From positions 124,001-188,000 of the forward strand of contig JAAPAO010000002.1 in the NCBI GenBank assembly GCA_013115145.1: a stretch of DNA of 64,000 bases, in the 5' to 3' direction. Shown here piece by piece: positions 62,602 to 64,000 of the stretch (the first letter of the stretch is position 1; each line of letters starts with the position of its first letter). A model generated the notes under the pieces. The model saw nothing but the letters and a program-made list of their open reading frames with translations. It did no database searches and was not told the origin of the DNA. A program made the position numbers and the translations under genes. This stretch comes from Perkinsus chesapeaki ATCC PRA-425 (Eukaryota; Protista; Perkinsozoa).

Positions 62602-64000
62602 CTACTCGGTAACAACGATCGCTTCAGCTTCGAAAGCCTGCGCTTTTCCTCTTCTGCGGATCTCATCGGCCTCGGCTTGACATTTAGCGTAGCGTCTCTT
62701 CAAAGCCTTGAACTGCTTCTTTGAAGCAGCGAAATCACCATAGCCGGCGAGCTCGAGCCAGTCTGGAGACGGGCCGTAACCAACCTACCAGGCAAGACAG
62801 TACAGATCTAAACGTACCAATCCTCCTCCCATACCTTGGTGTAGCCCCAATCAGTATAGCCATTCTGGTACTTTCCGAGCAGGGTAAACGTGAGATCAAA
62901 CCAACGATTGGTGAGATCCTCGCAGAAAGCGGGCATTGCGGCCTCGAGCTCTGATAGACAAACCTCCTGTTTAGAACTCATGAGCTAGCCGAAGATGATA
63001 CCTTCGTCAGACTTCTCTAATACCATCATATCAAGCTCGCTCTCTACAGCCACTTGAGCTTTTCGAACATCTTCAATCATGTAGCGGTACTTCAAGTCCA
63101 TCACGTTCGAAACCGACAATACGGCCCACCACAAGGAACTGCGGTTGAACTCACCCTGCCATGCGTACTCCAGAGCCGGTATTGAAGTCTGATAAAGAGG
63201 CAACGATAAAATGCATACCCATATCAAAAGACCAATGAATTACCACAGCTTGCTGGGGTTTCACAACAATGGGGACATAAACGCTGGCATGAGGAGTACC
63301 TAAGAGAGATACTCCCGTAACACAGTGGGGTTTGCCGGACCATACCAGGAGCAAAGTAAATAACATTGGACTTGTTCTGGTAGGATACTGCAAAGTAGGA
63401 ATACTGTGTGCGATACAGTGAAATAGCACGCTCCCAGCCGCCGTACTTGAAGGAACTCTCAGCATCAGCACCATCGTACCTACAGCGCACGTTCCTCAGC
63501 ACAGAGAGCGGTGTAACTTACTACCTGTTGGGGGTGTTGAAAGCACCGCCGGCGATAGAGTTTTTGGTGAGATCATAAGGGGTCCCTTCGTAATGGTCCC
63601 GATAGAGACGCTTGAGGAAGTCTATGGTAACAGGCTCATCAGGCTCCACAGAGAAGGGATAGGTAGCTCTGTCCCATTCAACACCAAGCTCGGGATCTAG
63701 TTCGAGCGAAGGAGCGAACAGGGAAAGGCCTCTCCAGAGACGACGACCGGCATAGTACGGATGATCATACCTGCCGCAAGAATTCCTTCCACTCATCTAC
63801 AGTCGGCACTTACTCGCTCACGCTATAGACCCTGACGAAGTCTAGTTTGCCAGTTCCATCCCACCAGCCAAGTCTGAGAACACGCAATCTTTTTAAGAAC
63901 CGAACAAGCTTTTAATGTCTCCCCTATTACCTCTTCGCCACGTCGAAAATATTCTTAGAGAACATGAAGTTTTCAGAGTCATCGGCATCGATCTCGCGGA
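62602..64000 (-). CDS. Peptidase family C69 (dipeptidase/secernin-like), 5' truncated by window
   Basis: YPFSVEPD, RDHYEGTPYDLT, GGAFNTPNR|Y, WERAISLYRT, KYQNGY and VGYGPSPDWL. TAG at 62602-62604. Confidence 0.85.

Overview
Gene-dense eukaryotic nuclear DNA of roughly balanced GC, with many short (about 30-60 nt) GT-AG introns, intergenic gaps often under 300 bp and long same-strand gene blocks. This organisation, plus a flagellar IFT gene, points to a perkinsid alveolate such as Perkinsus (inference, not proven). About 27 protein-coding loci were read by hand-splicing: IFT122 3' end, a gluzincin metallopeptidase, a G-patch-like protein, a mitochondrial carrier, ADP-dependent glucokinase, a GAF/coiled-coil protein, a WDR53-like protein, two tandem xanthine dehydrogenase-family genes, an intronless P4-ATPase, an intronless TM-PAS-like-RanBP2 zinc finger protein, DBP9/DDX56, a CCCH protein, a WRKY19-like Cys/His-repeat protein, NIT2, a Nup50-like protein, an Lnt-like CN-hydrolase, an NRPS-like protein, a FLYWCH protein, an SR protein, an RCC1-TBC protein, proteasome alpha-6 and a C69 dipeptidase. 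Two features stand out. (1) A non-canonical single-module NRPS-like gene (A domain, Trp-rich membrane-like insert, carrier domain, terminal condensation domain) lies 153 bp upstream of an intronless, bacterial-type apolipoprotein N-acyltransferase-like gene, suggesting a membrane acyl/amide-transfer system. (2) In the XDH pair, the second copy keeps all cofactor motifs but has four substrate-pocket residues replaced, and two exon-bounded near-identical tracts suggest gene conversion. No rRNA, tRNA, CRISPR array or intact transposon was recognised. Boundaries of spliced genes are manual and approximate where stated.
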